Assembly: GCA_965655745.1 (NCBI GenBank)
Contig: CBFHHP010000001.1
Coordinates: forward strand, 37,381-101,380
Origin: an uncultured Schleiferiaceae bacterium
GTDB taxonomy: Bacteria > Bacteroidota > Bacteroidia > Flavobacteriales > Schleiferiaceae
Length of the DNA stretch: 64,000 nucleotides
Reading direction: 5' to 3'
The stretch's first letter is position 1. Each line of letters starts with the position of its first letter. The notes below the pieces were generated by a model that saw only the letters and a list, made by a program, of their open reading frames with translations, had not been told where the DNA came from and searched no databases. This document shows positions 43,000 through 53,409 of the stretch, one piece after another. The position numbers and the translations under genes were made by a program.

Positions 43000-45147
43000 C
43001 TATTCAAGGTCCAATGCCAATCCTACGGTCCACATTCTAGGGGTGAAGGTGCGGTATCCAGCAGGTCTTGCGGCAACTATGTGTCTAGTATTGGTGATGT
43101 TCTGAATTCCGGCTTGAACGGTCAGTACAGGACTTACCTCGTAATTCACGGTGTAATTTGCAACGAGTGCTGCAGGTAGATCGTATTCATCGAGATCGGA
43201 CACCGATTTACGTGCACTTAATGCTTGCACTTGTATGCCTGTGTTCCATTTGTCACTTTCATAAAGTACCTGAGCATGCGCCTGAAGGGCAGGAAGGTAC
43301 GGAAGTACATCGCCAGCTTTAACATTGCCCCAACCGTCAAATTCGCTACTAAAACTTTCGGTGAATACTGCTCTTGTATAGGTGGCAGAGGTTTGTAGGT
43401 TCCATTTACCAAACTGTCCGGCCCATTGTCCTTCAATACCGCTAATTTGTGCAGCGCCACCATTGAAGAGTTCGCCTGTCCCTGAACCGCCTGAAGATGC
43501 TGCATCTGATCCGAGCAATCTCGCATATTCACTATGGAATAGCGTCAATGCAATGGGCTGCTTTCTATTCTGGATACCAAATTCTGTATTGAGGCTAAGT
43601 TCTGGAAGTACACCGTCCTTGCTTCCTGCCGGAGTCATTCCCTGATGAATTCCCGAGAATAGGCTCCAATTACCTAGTTCTTTACTAATACTCATTCCTG
43701 GAAGAAGCGTCCTAGTGCTGTTCGAACGTTTGCTCAAGTCGAATCCATCACGTTCTGGATCTGCGCTGCCCCAATCTGTACGGTAGCTTTCAATGTGCTC
43801 GCCACGAAGCCCTAATTGCACACTCCAAGTATTCCACGAAGCGGTAGTCCTCGCATAGGCGCTTGCCGCTCGCGCTGCGTCCAATCTGTTTCCGGCAGTT
43901 CCCGCTTCACCGGCTTGAAGGAATGATGGAGCCTCATCTGTAAGGGAATAAGTGTCTCTATGCTGAAATCTATCGGCGTGGTCGTAGTGGAACCTTGCTC
44001 CAGCTTCGTGTTTGAAGAGTACATCTCCGGCGCGCTGGCTGTATTGCCCTCTGAACTGTAATCCTTGGCTCAGGTAATAGCGGTTATTAGCTTTAAGGGT
44101 AGCGGTGTATGGTTCTGTGCTTGTGCCTTTTAACGCTCCATAGAAACCGAGATAACCATTAGGGTTAGCAAGGATGGAAGATAAACCCACGCTTGTTGAG
44201 CCGTCTGAAACGTTATCTAGTTTATACCAATTTCTATGTACCAATTGACGGTACAGGTCTGCTCGTAACCAGCCTTTCTTCAAGTTGATAGTATAGCCAA
44301 GACGAGCCATTGAACGCTCCATGGCCATGTTATCCAAAGCACTAGCAATGTAGCGTCCGTTCGGATTGGTTAAAGCATCTACAAGGCTCTGGCCTAAATA
44401 GGTTTGATTTGAACGCTCAGTGGTTCCTGCAACGAATACCTCTAAATGGTGTATATCCTTATCGTCTAGGTGCTGTATCCATTTCAAGTAACCATCGTTC
44501 AATCCGAATCCGCCATATCGCTGACCGTCAATATTGTTGAATCCATCTGCCCCGTTTCTGCCTAACCCATAGAAGAATTGGCTTCGATCGTTTAAGGTAA
44601 CTTGCCCACGTGCATTCGCCATGAGTCGGCCATAGGCACCAGCAGTGGTTCTTATCTGGTGGTAGTTTTTTTCTTGCGGTGTAGCCGTGACAAAATTAAT
44701 TGCACCCCCAGTACTTTGAGGACCCGTAATTAATGCAGCGCCGCCTTTGAGAATTTCAATTTGCTCGTACTTCCAAAGTACCGGAGAGTAATAAGCAGCA
44801 GGGGCAGAGTAGGCAGCTGGCGCAGTGAGAATGCCGTCTTCCATCAAAGTAATTCTAGAGGAGCGCTCTACACCCGTTCCGCGGATACCAATGTTTAATC
44901 TTAGGCCCCAGCCGTCTTCCTGTTGGGTGTAAACTCCGGGTTGCGATTGTAGTAAAGTATTCCCGTCTACGACATTGAATCGGGCCAATTCAACCATTGG
45001 GAGGACTAATTCTGAAGACGATCTATGGTTCGTTTTCGATTGTGTTGATGTGATGGTGATGCTCTCTAACTCTACCGGAGCAGTTAGGGTAGTGTCAATA
45101 GGTTCCGCCGTTGAGAAACTGACTGCAAATAAGAGTGGGGTAATCAT
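43000..45147 (-). CDS. TonB-dependent receptor (siderophore/metal-type, no CarboxypepD_reg domain)
   Basis: 715 aa. The plug motifs are ...LLQSQPGVYTQQEDGWGLRLNIGIRGTG..RSSRITLMEDGI. and ...GGAINFVT.. A long beta-barrel follows. Confidence 0.8.
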   Translation of the reverse strand: MITPLLFAVSFSTAEPIDTTLTAPVELESITITSTQSKTNHRSSSELVLPMVELARFNVVDGNTLLQSQPGVYTQQEDGWGLRLNIGIRGTGVERSSRITLMEDGILTAPAAYSAPAAYYSPVLWKYEQIEILKGGAALITGPQSTGGAINFVTATPQEKNYHQIRTTAGAYGRLMANARGQVTLNDRSQFFYGLGRNGADGFNNIDGQRYGGFGLNDGYLKWIQHLDDKDIHHLEVFVAGTTERSNQTYLGQSLVDALTNPNGRYIASALDNMAMERSMARLGYTINLKKGWLRADLYRQLVHRNWYKLDNVSDGSTSVGLSSILANPNGYLGFYGALKGTSTEPYTATLKANNRYYLSQGLQFRGQYSQRAGDVLFKHEAGARFHYDHADRFQHRDTYSLTDEAPSFLQAGEAGTAGNRLDAARAASAYARTTASWNTWSVQLGLRGEHIESYRTDWGSADPERDGFDLSKRSNSTRTLLPGMSISKELGNWSLFSGIHQGMTPAGSKDGVLPELSLNTEFGIQNRKQPIALTLFHSEYARLLGSDAASSGGSGTGELFNGGAAQISGIEGQWAGQFGKWNLQTSATYTRAVFTESFSSEFDGWGNVKAGDVLPYLPALQAHAQVLYESDKWNTGIQVQALSARKSVSDLDEYDLPAALVANYTVNYEVSPVLTVQAGIQNITNTRHIVAARPAGYRTFTPRMWTVGLALDLE

Positions 45148-45240
45148 CTGAATTATTTAGATTGATTTTAAATAACACGACAAACGTACTATCTAGAATC
45201 GTTCTAAACAACCCTTTAATGAAGGATTTTAGCAAAGATT

Positions 45241-46011
45241 TTAAAACTTCAAATGGCGTATGGTATTGCCGTTATTGATGAGTTGTTCAAGGCTCTTAAT
45301 ACCAAGCTGTACATGGCTTTCGTCGAATTTGCTTGAATTCACTTTATCCTTTTCCATGGTTTTCACGCCCTCAGGAACCATCGGTGAATCCGTTACCAGC
45401 AATAGAGCCCCAGTCGGGATATGATTGTGAAAGCCAACCGTAAACAGGGTTGCTGTTTCCATATCAATGGCGTAGGCACGAATGGCCAACAGGTATTCTT
45501 TAAACTCGTCGTCAAACTCCCACACTCTGCGGTTAGTGGTGTAGACAGTACCTGTCCAATAGTTGATGTTGTTATCACGCACAGTAGTCGATACGGCCTT
45601 TTGCAAAGCAAATGAAGGCATAGCCGGTACTTCGGGTGGGAAATAATCGTCGGATGTACCCTCGCCACGTATGGCGCCGATAGGCAAAATGAAATCACCG
45701 ATGGAATTTCGTTTTTTCAGTCCGCCGCATTTCCCCAAAAACAGTACTGCTTTTGGTTCTATGGCTGACAATAGGTCCATAATGGTGGCAGCATTAGGAG
45801 AGCCCATTCCAAAGTTGATCATCGTAATTCCCTGGTGCGTGGCACTGCTCATGCTCTTGTCTCTACCTTGAATCTCTGCTCCTGTAAGCTGGGCAAAGAG
45901 ATCTACATAGTGCTGAAAATTGGTCAATAAAATGTAGTTTCCAAAATCTTCTAAGGCTACTCCCGTATATCTTACAAGCCAATTATCGACGATTTCTTTT
46001 TTTGTTTTCAT
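45241..46011 (-). CDS. amn: AMP nucleosidase (short form) / PNP_UDP_1 family nucleoside phosphorylase
   Basis: 256 aa. ...FGMGSPNAATIMDLL...FLGKCGGL...AIDMETATLF is the phosphorylase-I fold. The N-terminus is typical of Bacteroidetes short AMP nucleosidases. Confidence 0.65.
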   Translation of the reverse strand: MKTKKEIVDNWLVRYTGVALEDFGNYILLTNFQHYVDLFAQLTGAEIQGRDKSMSSATHQGITMINFGMGSPNAATIMDLLSAIEPKAVLFLGKCGGLKKRNSIGDFILPIGAIRGEGTSDDYFPPEVPAMPSFALQKAVSTTVRDNNINYWTGTVYTTNRRVWEFDDEFKEYLLAIRAYAIDMETATLFTVGFHNHIPTGALLLVTDSPMVPEGVKTMEKDKVNSSKFDESHVQLGIKSLEQLINNGNTIRHLKF

Positions 46012-46481
46012 AGGTTTTTAGGTAAAGTAAAACTGAAGGGCAGCAAATCCTGCACTCCAGTAAATTCAAGGGCATCGGAAGTTCTGTTCATCAGGAACAA
46101 TTGATAAGGATTTTCTTGCCTAAGCTCAGTTTCGTGGAGTACTTGTCTGCACGATCCACAAGGAGCTGCCGGTGACCGTTGCTTTTCACCTGTCATAATA
46201 TAGATGGCTTTAATACGCTCCTTCGGGAATGCTGCCTTGGCCGCGAGGACTGCGACCCGCTCTCCACACAATCCGTCTGGAAATGCTGCATTCTCTTGAT
46301 TGGTGCCGACCACAGTGTGCCCGTTATCTAACAGGACAACACTTGAAACGGGGTAATTTGAATAGGGGGCATAGGCCGATTCTAAGAGTTCTTCGAGTTT
46401 CTCCTCAATAGCCTTTGGTACAATCGCTGAGGACCTCCAATCTTCGTGGAGCGTGTAGCGAATGGTTTTCTCTTGTCGCAT
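46008..46481 (-). CDS. cdd: cytidine deaminase
   Basis: The CGERVAV (C/HAE-like) and PCGSCRQVL zinc motifs are present. Length is 157 aa. It overlaps amn by 4 nt. Confidence 0.85.
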   Translation of the reverse strand: MRQEKTIRYTLHEDWRSSAIVPKAIEEKLEELLESAYAPYSNYPVSSVVLLDNGHTVVGTNQENAAFPDGLCGERVAVLAAKAAFPKERIKAIYIMTGEKQRSPAAPCGSCRQVLHETELRQENPYQLFLMNRTSDALEFTGVQDLLPFSFTLPKNL

Positions 46482-46521
46482 GCGTTAGGTCTTATTGCCA
46501 TTAAGATACCTCTTTTAGAAC

Positions 46522-46551
46522 AAAAAAAGGCGCCCCAGCCGGGGCGCCTTT
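46522..46551. terminator. bidirectional rho-independent terminator
   Basis: AAAAAAA, stem GGCGCCCC, loop agcc, stem GGGGCGCC, TTT. Confidence 0.65.
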
Positions 46552-46574
46552 CATATACAAACTCAAAAGCGTGT

Positions 46575-48584
46575 TTACTCAAAGCTGTATGTGCTGCCGT
46601 AGCGCAACATCTGTCCAAGGAAGTCCATAGGGTAGGTGACTTTCACATCAATGATGCTATCACCTTCCATAACAGGCTCCATTTCAGGATTCACAAAACC
46701 GCTATAGGGTGCAAGGTTCAATGGTTCAGAACGACGCAATACCTCTGCATGAAGTTCTTGGTCAACTTTAACGCCGTATGTTTCAACAAGCATTCTACCG
46801 GCTTCAAAATCACCCTCGCTCTTAATGCGTTGGATCTCGCGAAGTAATTCTCCGAAATACCCGCGAAGCTTGTCGTAATCATTTATCACGAAGTAGGTCT
46901 TACCGTCGATGACTTTGCGCTCGATGACATTCTCTTCTTGTCCGCGCTCAAAGGCCCAAGAGGCTACCAGTTGACGGTTGCGCATGTGGTCTTCTTCGAT
47001 ATCGTCTCCAGGTAAAATACGGCGTAATTGCAACATCATACCGTTTGAGATGTAGTTGTCAAACTCAGCGTAGCCGGCTTCTTTGTTTTCCATCAGGCCA
47101 ATCTCCTGCATCTTGTCGTCTAGGATGAAATACAATGCCACAAGGTCGGCACGAGCCTCCTCCAGTGTTGAGCTGTAGTTCTTCAAGGTTTCTTTTGGTG
47201 TACCCACGCCAGGATTGATTTTACCTGAGGCGTGACCCACCACTTCGTGAAGGGCGGTATGCATTTTAGAACCTAGTTCACCGTATTTCTCAGCGCGCTC
47301 ATTGTGCATGGTAGAGAAGCCAAATTCTTCGGCCATCCCTTTGCCTGCACTTGCGTGGTAGGCATCTTCAATATTTCCAAGAGATACAGATTTAGAACCG
47401 TGCTCTACACGGATCCAGTTGGCGTTTGGAAGGTTGACTCCAATAGGCGTAGAAGGAGAGGCATCGCCTGCTTCACCAGCTACGGTAACAATCTTGTAGC
47501 TGACACCGACGACACTTTCTTTTTTGTGCTCGTCCATAATTGGACTATTGTCCTCAAACCATTGAACGTTATCGGCAACAACAGCCATACGTGCGCTCGC
47601 ATCAAAGTCTTTTACCTGAACTACAGTCTCGTAAGAACCTCTATAGCCCATAGGATCGTTGTAGACCTCTACAAAGCCGTTGATATAATCTACATCGCCG
47701 CCGGTAGTGCTTACCCACGCAATGTTGTAGTCGTCCCATTTAGTCAGGTCACCGCTTTCGTAGTACTCGATCAAGAGGCCGAGTGCCTTTGCCTGGTCCT
47801 CGTTTTCTGCTACTGCTTGAGCCTTCGCGAGGTGGCCCATGATTTCTTTAATGCTATTTGCATAGCGTCCACGAGCGCTAAATACTTCTTCGTAGATCTT
47901 TCCGTTTTCGTGGCGAGAAAGACGGCTGTTTAGACCGTGGCTTACTGGACGTGCAGGATCAGCATCTTCTTTCGCAGCATAAAAAGCCTCAGCCTCAGCT
48001 TGCGTAATGTCCGGTGCATAGAAGTTTACGGCAGAGGCTAGTAATAGATCTACGCCGTCTGCACGGTTTACTTTTTTTGCATCAAAGGTTGGGTCGAAGA
48101 TGGCGCGCTGCGCTTCTTCAGAAAGCTCGATGCCAAGGTCAGAAAGGGTTTGAATGAACCAATCCTGGTCAAAATCAGCAGCAAACTTCATGTTGCTGTA
48201 GTGGTGGTGAATACCGTTGGCAAAGAATACACGCTTGGCGTACACTTCGAAATCTGCATAAGCGGCAGATTCCTTATCCACGCTTTCGCTAGAAATAATA
48301 GCTTCTAGTGCACGACGGATTTCTAGGTTGTGACGGTAATTACAGTCCCACATAATATCGCGCCCTGCCAATCCGGCCTGAGTAAGGTGGTAGGCATAGA
48401 TACGTTGCTGTGGAGTTAGGTCGTCCCACGATGGGATTTGGTAGCGGAGTACTTTGATGTCTGCAAAGCGGTCTACCTGCCACTGAAAGTCGCTGTGATC
48501 TGTTTCGGTGTACATTTCTTCTTGAGGGTTGCAGGAGCCAAAGGCAATAGTTGCCAACGCTCCCATGAACAATAGTCTTTTCAT
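46575..48584 (-). CDS. dipeptidyl-peptidase III-like M49 family metallopeptidase, lipoprotein
   Basis: The lipobox is IAFGSC. The HEVVGH (HExxGH) and EEARAD (EExxAx) zinc-binding motifs have the spacing typical of M49. Confidence 0.75.
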   Translation of the reverse strand: MKRLLFMGALATIAFGSCNPQEEMYTETDHSDFQWQVDRFADIKVLRYQIPSWDDLTPQQRIYAYHLTQAGLAGRDIMWDCNYRHNLEIRRALEAIISSESVDKESAAYADFEVYAKRVFFANGIHHHYSNMKFAADFDQDWFIQTLSDLGIELSEEAQRAIFDPTFDAKKVNRADGVDLLLASAVNFYAPDITQAEAEAFYAAKEDADPARPVSHGLNSRLSRHENGKIYEEVFSARGRYANSIKEIMGHLAKAQAVAENEDQAKALGLLIEYYESGDLTKWDDYNIAWVSTTGGDVDYINGFVEVYNDPMGYRGSYETVVQVKDFDASARMAVVADNVQWFEDNSPIMDEHKKESVVGVSYKIVTVAGEAGDASPSTPIGVNLPNANWIRVEHGSKSVSLGNIEDAYHASAGKGMAEEFGFSTMHNERAEKYGELGSKMHTALHEVVGHASGKINPGVGTPKETLKNYSSTLEEARADLVALYFILDDKMQEIGLMENKEAGYAEFDNYISNGMMLQLRRILPGDDIEEDHMRNRQLVASWAFERGQEENVIERKVIDGKTYFVINDYDKLRGYFGELLREIQRIKSEGDFEAGRMLVETYGVKVDQELHAEVLRRSEPLNLAPYSGFVNPEMEPVMEGDSIIDVKVTYPMDFLGQMLRYGSTYSFE

Positions 48585-48622
48585 GTTTTACTGGGTAATT
48601 AGAGCGTTAAGATAAGACAGAA

Positions 48623-48856
48623 TTACAGCTTTTCTTCAACGCCGTTAGGAAAGGTATGGAGGTAGAGCTGTTCTACCTTTGCACGTGCCCAAGGCGTCTT
48701 TCTCAGGAACTTCAGAGTCGATTTTACCGAAGGGTCGTACATGAAGCATCGCACCGGGATACGAAGGGCTAATTGGTCCCAACCCCAATATTGGACCAGC
48801 GCTTCCACCATGTGAGCCAGTTTTACGCCATGAAGGGGATTATTCGCTTGGCTCAT
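48623..48856 (-). CDS. VF530/DUF2132-like small DNA-binding protein
   Basis: NPLHGVKLAHMVEALVQYWGWDQLALRIPVRCF...PSVKSTLKFLRKTPWARAKVEQLY. The start is Met11 (48856). Confidence 0.6.
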   Translation of the reverse strand: MSQANNPLHGVKLAHMVEALVQYWGWDQLALRIPVRCFMYDPSVKSTLKFLRKTPWARAKVEQLYLHTFPNGVEEKL

Positions 48857-49715
48857 TGTGATTATTTTGGAAGGTCCACGCAACAAATCTGCTCACCTTA
48901 TTGCCCTGTTCCATCTCCACTACCTTGATTTCGGTAGGGTTGCCTTTACGGATGAAACGCTTGAAGTTGCGCACGTGGTCTTTTTTAGAAACTAAACAGG
49001 TAAACCACTGAATTTGCTGACCATATTCGGCGCTTTCTAGGGCCAATTTTTTCAAGAAGGCCTCTTCACCGCCTTTATACCACAACTCATTGGCGCTGCC
49101 ACCAAAGTTGTGGCTGGCCTCTTCTTTACCGTGTAAATTTTTGTTCTTGCGCGTGTTTGCAGCTAGGGCTTCACTTTTGGTCTTGTAGAACGGTGGATTG
49201 CAGACGAGAAGGTCAAAAGTCTCTTTTTGCTCGATGATGCCTTGAAGCAATTGGCTCTTGAACTCTTGTCTTCGGATGCGCGTACCCATCATATTGGCAT
49301 TCATACGCACCAGTCCTTTGGCGTAGCTAATGGCTTCTTTATCGACCTCTGAACCTACACACTCCCAGTTGAACGCTGCCGTAGCGAGTAGGGGATAGAT
49401 CAGTGAGGCACCTGCACCTACATCGAGCATACGAACCCGTCTTCCGTCGATCTTAGGCAGTAGATCTCGAGCGTGTAACAAATAATCGAATCGTCCGGGA
49501 ACGGCAGGGCAGAGGTGTCCTTTTTTTAGGGACCAATTCACATTAAATCGCCACTTCAACAGCGCCTTATTGAGCAAATAAACGGACTCAGGATTACTAA
49601 AGTCAATGCTCTTGCGTGCAAACTTCCCTGGAACTATATGAGCTTCTAACTCCGGTACAGCATTCACCAGTTGATTGAAATTATAATTGTTCAAGAAGGG
49701 ATTCTGTGGGTGCAC
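48840..49715 (-). CDS. rlmF: 23S rRNA (adenine1618-N6)-methyltransferase RlmF
   Basis: The SAM motif is MLDVGAGASLIYPLL and the catalytic motif is VCNPPFY. Length is 291 aa. Confidence 0.75.
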   Translation of the reverse strand: MHPQNPFLNNYNFNQLVNAVPELEAHIVPGKFARKSIDFSNPESVYLLNKALLKWRFNVNWSLKKGHLCPAVPGRFDYLLHARDLLPKIDGRRVRMLDVGAGASLIYPLLATAAFNWECVGSEVDKEAISYAKGLVRMNANMMGTRIRRQEFKSQLLQGIIEQKETFDLLVCNPPFYKTKSEALAANTRKNKNLHGKEEASHNFGGSANELWYKGGEEAFLKKLALESAEYGQQIQWFTCLVSKKDHVRNFKRFIRKGNPTEIKVVEMEQGNKVSRFVAWTFQNNHNEPSE

Positions 49716-49862
49716 GAGCGCTACATTTTAATGTTGCGAAGATACCAAAGCGAATGTAGATTTCGTGGAACCAATGTTGATTACAGCGTTGGCAAAAATG
49801 AACAAGGGCAGTGTGAAGGCTGTTTTTATTGTTTTATATTTCCTTGCTTAAAACAAAAACAC

Positions 49863-50387
49863 ATGTTTAAATATCTAAGAACGATTGGAATTGTTGCAAT
49901 TTCAGTCTTCATGGTAGCTAGCTGCTCTGGCCCTGGCGAGATCCATGAATATTCGGTAAACGATCTTGAGTTTAGCCTCGAAGGTCCATTATTTGCTGGC
50001 CCAAACAGTGGCCAAGCTGAAATCTATGTTGACTTAGCGGAAGCTTTAGGTGAGGCTTATGTCGATGGCATGAGAATTAGCGATGCACGTTTGACATCTG
50101 CCACAGTTACTCCAAACGATTCGTTGGGATTTGCCAATATCAATGCATTCATTGTTTCTTTCGCTAGCGACAATGAGGATGTTAGCATGCAGGAAGCTGC
50201 TGTTAAGAATCCATTGGATGAAGGCGCTACTGAAGCTTCACTAAATGTAGCTCCTGAGGCTGAATTAGGAGAAATCATGGAAGAAGGCAAGGTATATGTT
50301 GTACTTGATGCTGACCTCGCAGAAGATTACTGGGACGGTAACCGTGATTTTAAATTGAATTTTACACTTGAATTAACCATAAAATAG
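49863..50387 (+). CDS. hypothetical lipoprotein
   Basis: The lipobox is MFKYLRTIGIVAISVFMVASCSG. The start is ATG 49863 inside ORF 49671..50387. Confidence 0.5.
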   Translation: MFKYLRTIGIVAISVFMVASCSGPGEIHEYSVNDLEFSLEGPLFAGPNSGQAEIYVDLAEALGEAYVDGMRISDARLTSATVTPNDSLGFANINAFIVSFASDNEDVSMQEAAVKNPLDEGATEASLNVAPEAELGEIMEEGKVYVVLDADLAEDYWDGNRDFKLNFTLELTIK

Positions 50388-50393
50388 AAGACC

Positions 50394-50876
50394 ATGCTTC
50401 GCAAACTAACATTCTTGGCAGTTTCAGCTGTCATAGCATTTGGAACATTAAGTTTCGACCTACCACAAAAATCAGAAGATCCAGGAGATCGTCTAGTAGG
50501 TATTTGGGAACCGTCAAACGGACGTTCACGTATCAAAATTGACCGCATTGGTAATAAGTACTACGGTCGTGTAGTTTGGCTTATTGAGCCGAACGATGCG
50601 GATGGAAATCCAAGAACAGATATCAACAACCCTAACCCAGATTTGCGCAACGTGCCATTGAGAGGATTCCGCATGTGTAAGGATTTCGTTTACCAAGGCG
50701 ACGACCAGTGGTCTGAGGGTACTTTGTATGACCCAAACAATGGATCAACTTACCAGGGTACCATCACAATGCGTGATATGAATACTTTGGATATGCGCGG
50801 ATACATTGGTGTAGAGGCTATCGGCCGTACAGATGTGTGGAAGCGTTTGAAAATGCCTTCTAGAAAGAAAAAGTAA
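50394..50876 (+). CDS. DUF2147 domain protein
   Basis: It has a signal peptide. GIWEPSNGRSRIKIDRIGNKYYGRVVWL...GTLYDPNNGSTYQGTITM...L.MRGY is typical of DUF2147. Confidence 0.6.
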   Translation: MLRKLTFLAVSAVIAFGTLSFDLPQKSEDPGDRLVGIWEPSNGRSRIKIDRIGNKYYGRVVWLIEPNDADGNPRTDINNPNPDLRNVPLRGFRMCKDFVYQGDDQWSEGTLYDPNNGSTYQGTITMRDMNTLDMRGYIGVEAIGRTDVWKRLKMPSRKKK

Positions 50877-50879
50877 TCC

Positions 50880-51995
50880 ATGATGCGCAACTTTTTGAAG
50901 TTAACGACGGCGGCAATCGTCCTTGCTTCAACGCCAGTCTTCGCCCAAACAGACGGGACTGCAGATGATGATATAGATTGGAGCTTGTACGAAGACCTCG
51001 GTTTTGAGGACGAGAGTATGAAGCGTTATGCCAATGCTAAGATTGAGGGTTTGTCCCCGGCGAAATTGATCTCTATTGGCTACGATTTCCAAGGTCCGTA
51101 TTCGATTGCAGCAGGAGATCTTATAATGGCAGACGGAACTACTCTCGAGGGTGGTGACGCAATGCAAGTGAATTCTACTGCGGGTATCCGTGCAGGATTC
51201 AATCTTCCTGTAATTAGCCAAACCAACCTTGTTTGGCAGATGGGTGCCAATTATTGGAACACTTCGTACAACTACGCTGAAGCACCAACTTCTTCAGACA
51301 ACCCTTTGCACCAGTCGCTTTCAGAGCACGGACTGCGTACTTCTGGTATAAGTACAACAATCTATAAGCCTCTGGACGATACACAGTTCATCTTGTTCCA
51401 GGGTTCAGCAGATATGAGTGGTACTTACGGTGCGTCAGCGATGCCAGCGCAGTACTTGAAGTATTCTGCTGCGGCATTGTGGGGTAAACGTCCTACTGAA
51501 AAGAAGCAATGGGGTGTTGGTTTAGCACGTACCTATCGAGTAGGTGAGTTAAACTATATCCCAGTCATTCTTTACAACAAGACGAGCGCGAACAACAAGT
51601 GGGGAACTGAAGCGTTGTTCCCGGCGCGTGTGCACGTAAGAAGAACGATTAACCCACGTAACATGCTATTCTTAGGATACGAGCTGCAAGGACAATCGTT
51701 CCGTATGTATGAAAACCTACCTGGGTTTGAACAACTGAGAGATGAAGGCTTGGAAATCCGTCGTGGTGAAATCCGCGTGCGTGCGGTTTACGAGTTTTCT
51801 TTGAAAAACTTCATTTGGATGTCTGTTCAAGCGGGGTATCGGATCAACTACCGTTACGATGTAGATCGCTTGGTATCTGGACCAGATATCTACCGTGCCT
51901 TTGGTCTTATCGACGGCACTCCAGCATATGCACAGATGAATGGCCTTACAAACCCATTCTACGTGAATATCAGCGTGAATCTAGTAAGTCCATAA
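50880..51995 (+). CDS. hypothetical outer-membrane beta-barrel-like protein
   Basis: It has a signal peptide (AIVLASTPVFAQ). Its composition is alternating and aromatic-rich. I recognised no motif. Confidence 0.45.
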   Translation: MMRNFLKLTTAAIVLASTPVFAQTDGTADDDIDWSLYEDLGFEDESMKRYANAKIEGLSPAKLISIGYDFQGPYSIAAGDLIMADGTTLEGGDAMQVNSTAGIRAGFNLPVISQTNLVWQMGANYWNTSYNYAEAPTSSDNPLHQSLSEHGLRTSGISTTIYKPLDDTQFILFQGSADMSGTYGASAMPAQYLKYSAAALWGKRPTEKKQWGVGLARTYRVGELNYIPVILYNKTSANNKWGTEALFPARVHVRRTINPRNMLFLGYELQGQSFRMYENLPGFEQLRDEGLEIRRGEIRVRAVYEFSLKNFIWMSVQAGYRINYRYDVDRLVSGPDIYRAFGLIDGTPAYAQMNGLTNPFYVNISVNLVSP

Positions 51996-52013
51996 TTTGG
52001 TCTTAATTGAAAT

Positions 52014-52044
52014 AAAAAGCCCCGCCAACTGGCGGGGCTTTTTT
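52014..52044. terminator. bidirectional rho-independent terminator
   Basis: AAAAA, stem GCCCCGCC, loop aact, stem GGCGGGGC, TTTTTT. Confidence 0.75.
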
Positions 52045-52051
52045 ATGCAAT

Positions 52052-53344
52052 TTAGTTTCGTCTTGGTCGCTTCGGGCCTCTTTTCTTGCTGCGCTGTCCG
52101 CCACCTTCAGAGGGCTTATTGCCTTGACCCTGTGGTCTCGGCTTTTTATTACGCGGTGGGCGTTGTCCTGGTTTCTTCGGTTTTCTATTTTCAGGATCGG
52201 ACCATTCTTCGGCAGCACCGGATCTGAATGGGTGGTCTTCTACGAGTGGAATAGATGCTTTAATGAGCTTTTCAATGTCTTTGAGGTATTCACGCTCATC
52301 AGCTGCGCACAGCGAAACGGAGGCGCCAGAGGCATCGGCACGTCCTGTTCTTCCGATACGGTGTACATACGTTTCTGCAATGTTGGGCAGTTCATAATTA
52401 ACCACGTGTTCTAGCCCAGAGATATCAATGCCACGAGCAGCAATATCTGTAGCTACAAGCACCTTGAGTTCACCGGCTTTAAAAGACTTCAATGCTTTCT
52501 GACGTGCACCTTGGCTCTTATTACCGTGAATGGCTGCAGCTTTTACCCCTTTCTTGTTGAGAATACGAACAACTTTATCACAACCGTGCTTTGTGCGTCC
52601 GAAAACCAATACAGAGCCTTCCATGTCCTGAAGTAAGTGAAGGAGCATCGACGGCTTTTCTTTTTTAGCTACATAGTAAACTGCTTGAGTCACGCGTTCC
52701 GCTGTAGGCTTTTCGACAGCGATACGAACCTGCTTGTAATTAGGTCTAAGAATTTGACTGCTAAGCTCAATAATAGTCTTGGGCATGGTCGCCGAAAAGA
52801 ATAAGCTTTGACGGCGCTGTGGTATAATCTTTAACAGTTTACGTATGTCATGAATGAAGCCCATATCCAGCATTTGATCTGCTTCATCGAGAACAAAGTG
52901 CGACAAGGAATCAAGATTGATAAATCCTTGGTTGTGTAAATCTAATAATCGCCCAGGAGTTGCTACCAGATAATCCACGCCCTTACGCAGCTGATCAATC
53001 TGAGGGTTCTGTCCTACACCTCCAAATATGACTGCCGTTCTAATGGGCGTACCGGCACTGTATCGCTTCGCATTTTCAGCTACCTGGAGGGCCAATTCCC
53101 GCGTCGGTGTAACCACCAACGCTCGGATACGTCGCTTCTTGCTTTGTCGCTCGAGCAAATGCTGAATAATCGGAATAGTGAACGCCGCAGTTTTTCCTGT
53201 TCCGGTTTGTGCCGTTCCAAGTAAATCGTAATCCTCTAAAAGAAGGGGAATGCTCTGCGCTTGGATAGGAGTAGGGTGAGTATAGCCTTGCTTTTCTAAG
53301 GCGGATAGGATTCTAGAGTCGAGTCCTAGTGAATCAAATGTCAT
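52052..53344 (-). CDS. DEAD-box ATP-dependent RNA helicase (RhlE-like) with a basic C-terminal tail
   Basis: The Q-motif region is present. Motifs AQTGTGKT, PTRELA, DEAD, SAT and HRIGRTGR follow. The tail is Arg/Lys/Gly/Pro-rich. Confidence 0.9.
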   Translation of the reverse strand: MTFDSLGLDSRILSALEKQGYTHPTPIQAQSIPLLLEDYDLLGTAQTGTGKTAAFTIPIIQHLLERQSKKRRIRALVVTPTRELALQVAENAKRYSAGTPIRTAVIFGGVGQNPQIDQLRKGVDYLVATPGRLLDLHNQGFINLDSLSHFVLDEADQMLDMGFIHDIRKLLKIIPQRRQSLFFSATMPKTIIELSSQILRPNYKQVRIAVEKPTAERVTQAVYYVAKKEKPSMLLHLLQDMEGSVLVFGRTKHGCDKVVRILNKKGVKAAAIHGNKSQGARQKALKSFKAGELKVLVATDIAARGIDISGLEHVVNYELPNIAETYVHRIGRTGRADASGASVSLCAADEREYLKDIEKLIKASIPLVEDHPFRSGAAEEWSDPENRKPKKPGQRPPRNKKPRPQGQGNKPSEGGGQRSKKRGPKRPRRN

Positions 53345-53409
53345 AAAGGTTGTTTAGGCTGCACAAGTGTTGTATTGCGCGACAAATGTAGTCTATTCCT
53401 AATTGGTAC

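Noticed and set aside
42818-43179. Plus-strand ORFs of 95 and 102 aa.
   Set aside because: They overlap tRNA-Ser(GGA), its terminator and the 3' end of the TBDR gene on the other strand.
45194-45206. TAGAA-tcg-TTCTA palindrome upstream of the 715-aa TBDR as a Fur box.
   Set aside because: It has only 5-bp arms, does not resemble known Fur or Zur boxes, and a palindrome this short is expected by chance in AT-rich spacers.
47304-47933. 209-aa plus-strand ORF inside the M49 peptidase gene.
   Set aside because: It is antisense to a gene with clear HExxGH/EExxAx motifs. It is a shadow ORF with no signal peptide or domain.
51997-52227. ORFs 51997..52227 (+) and 52003..52218 (-).
   Set aside because: They overlap the bidirectional terminator and the Arg/Lys-rich tail of the DEAD-box helicase gene. 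They are low-complexity shadow frames.
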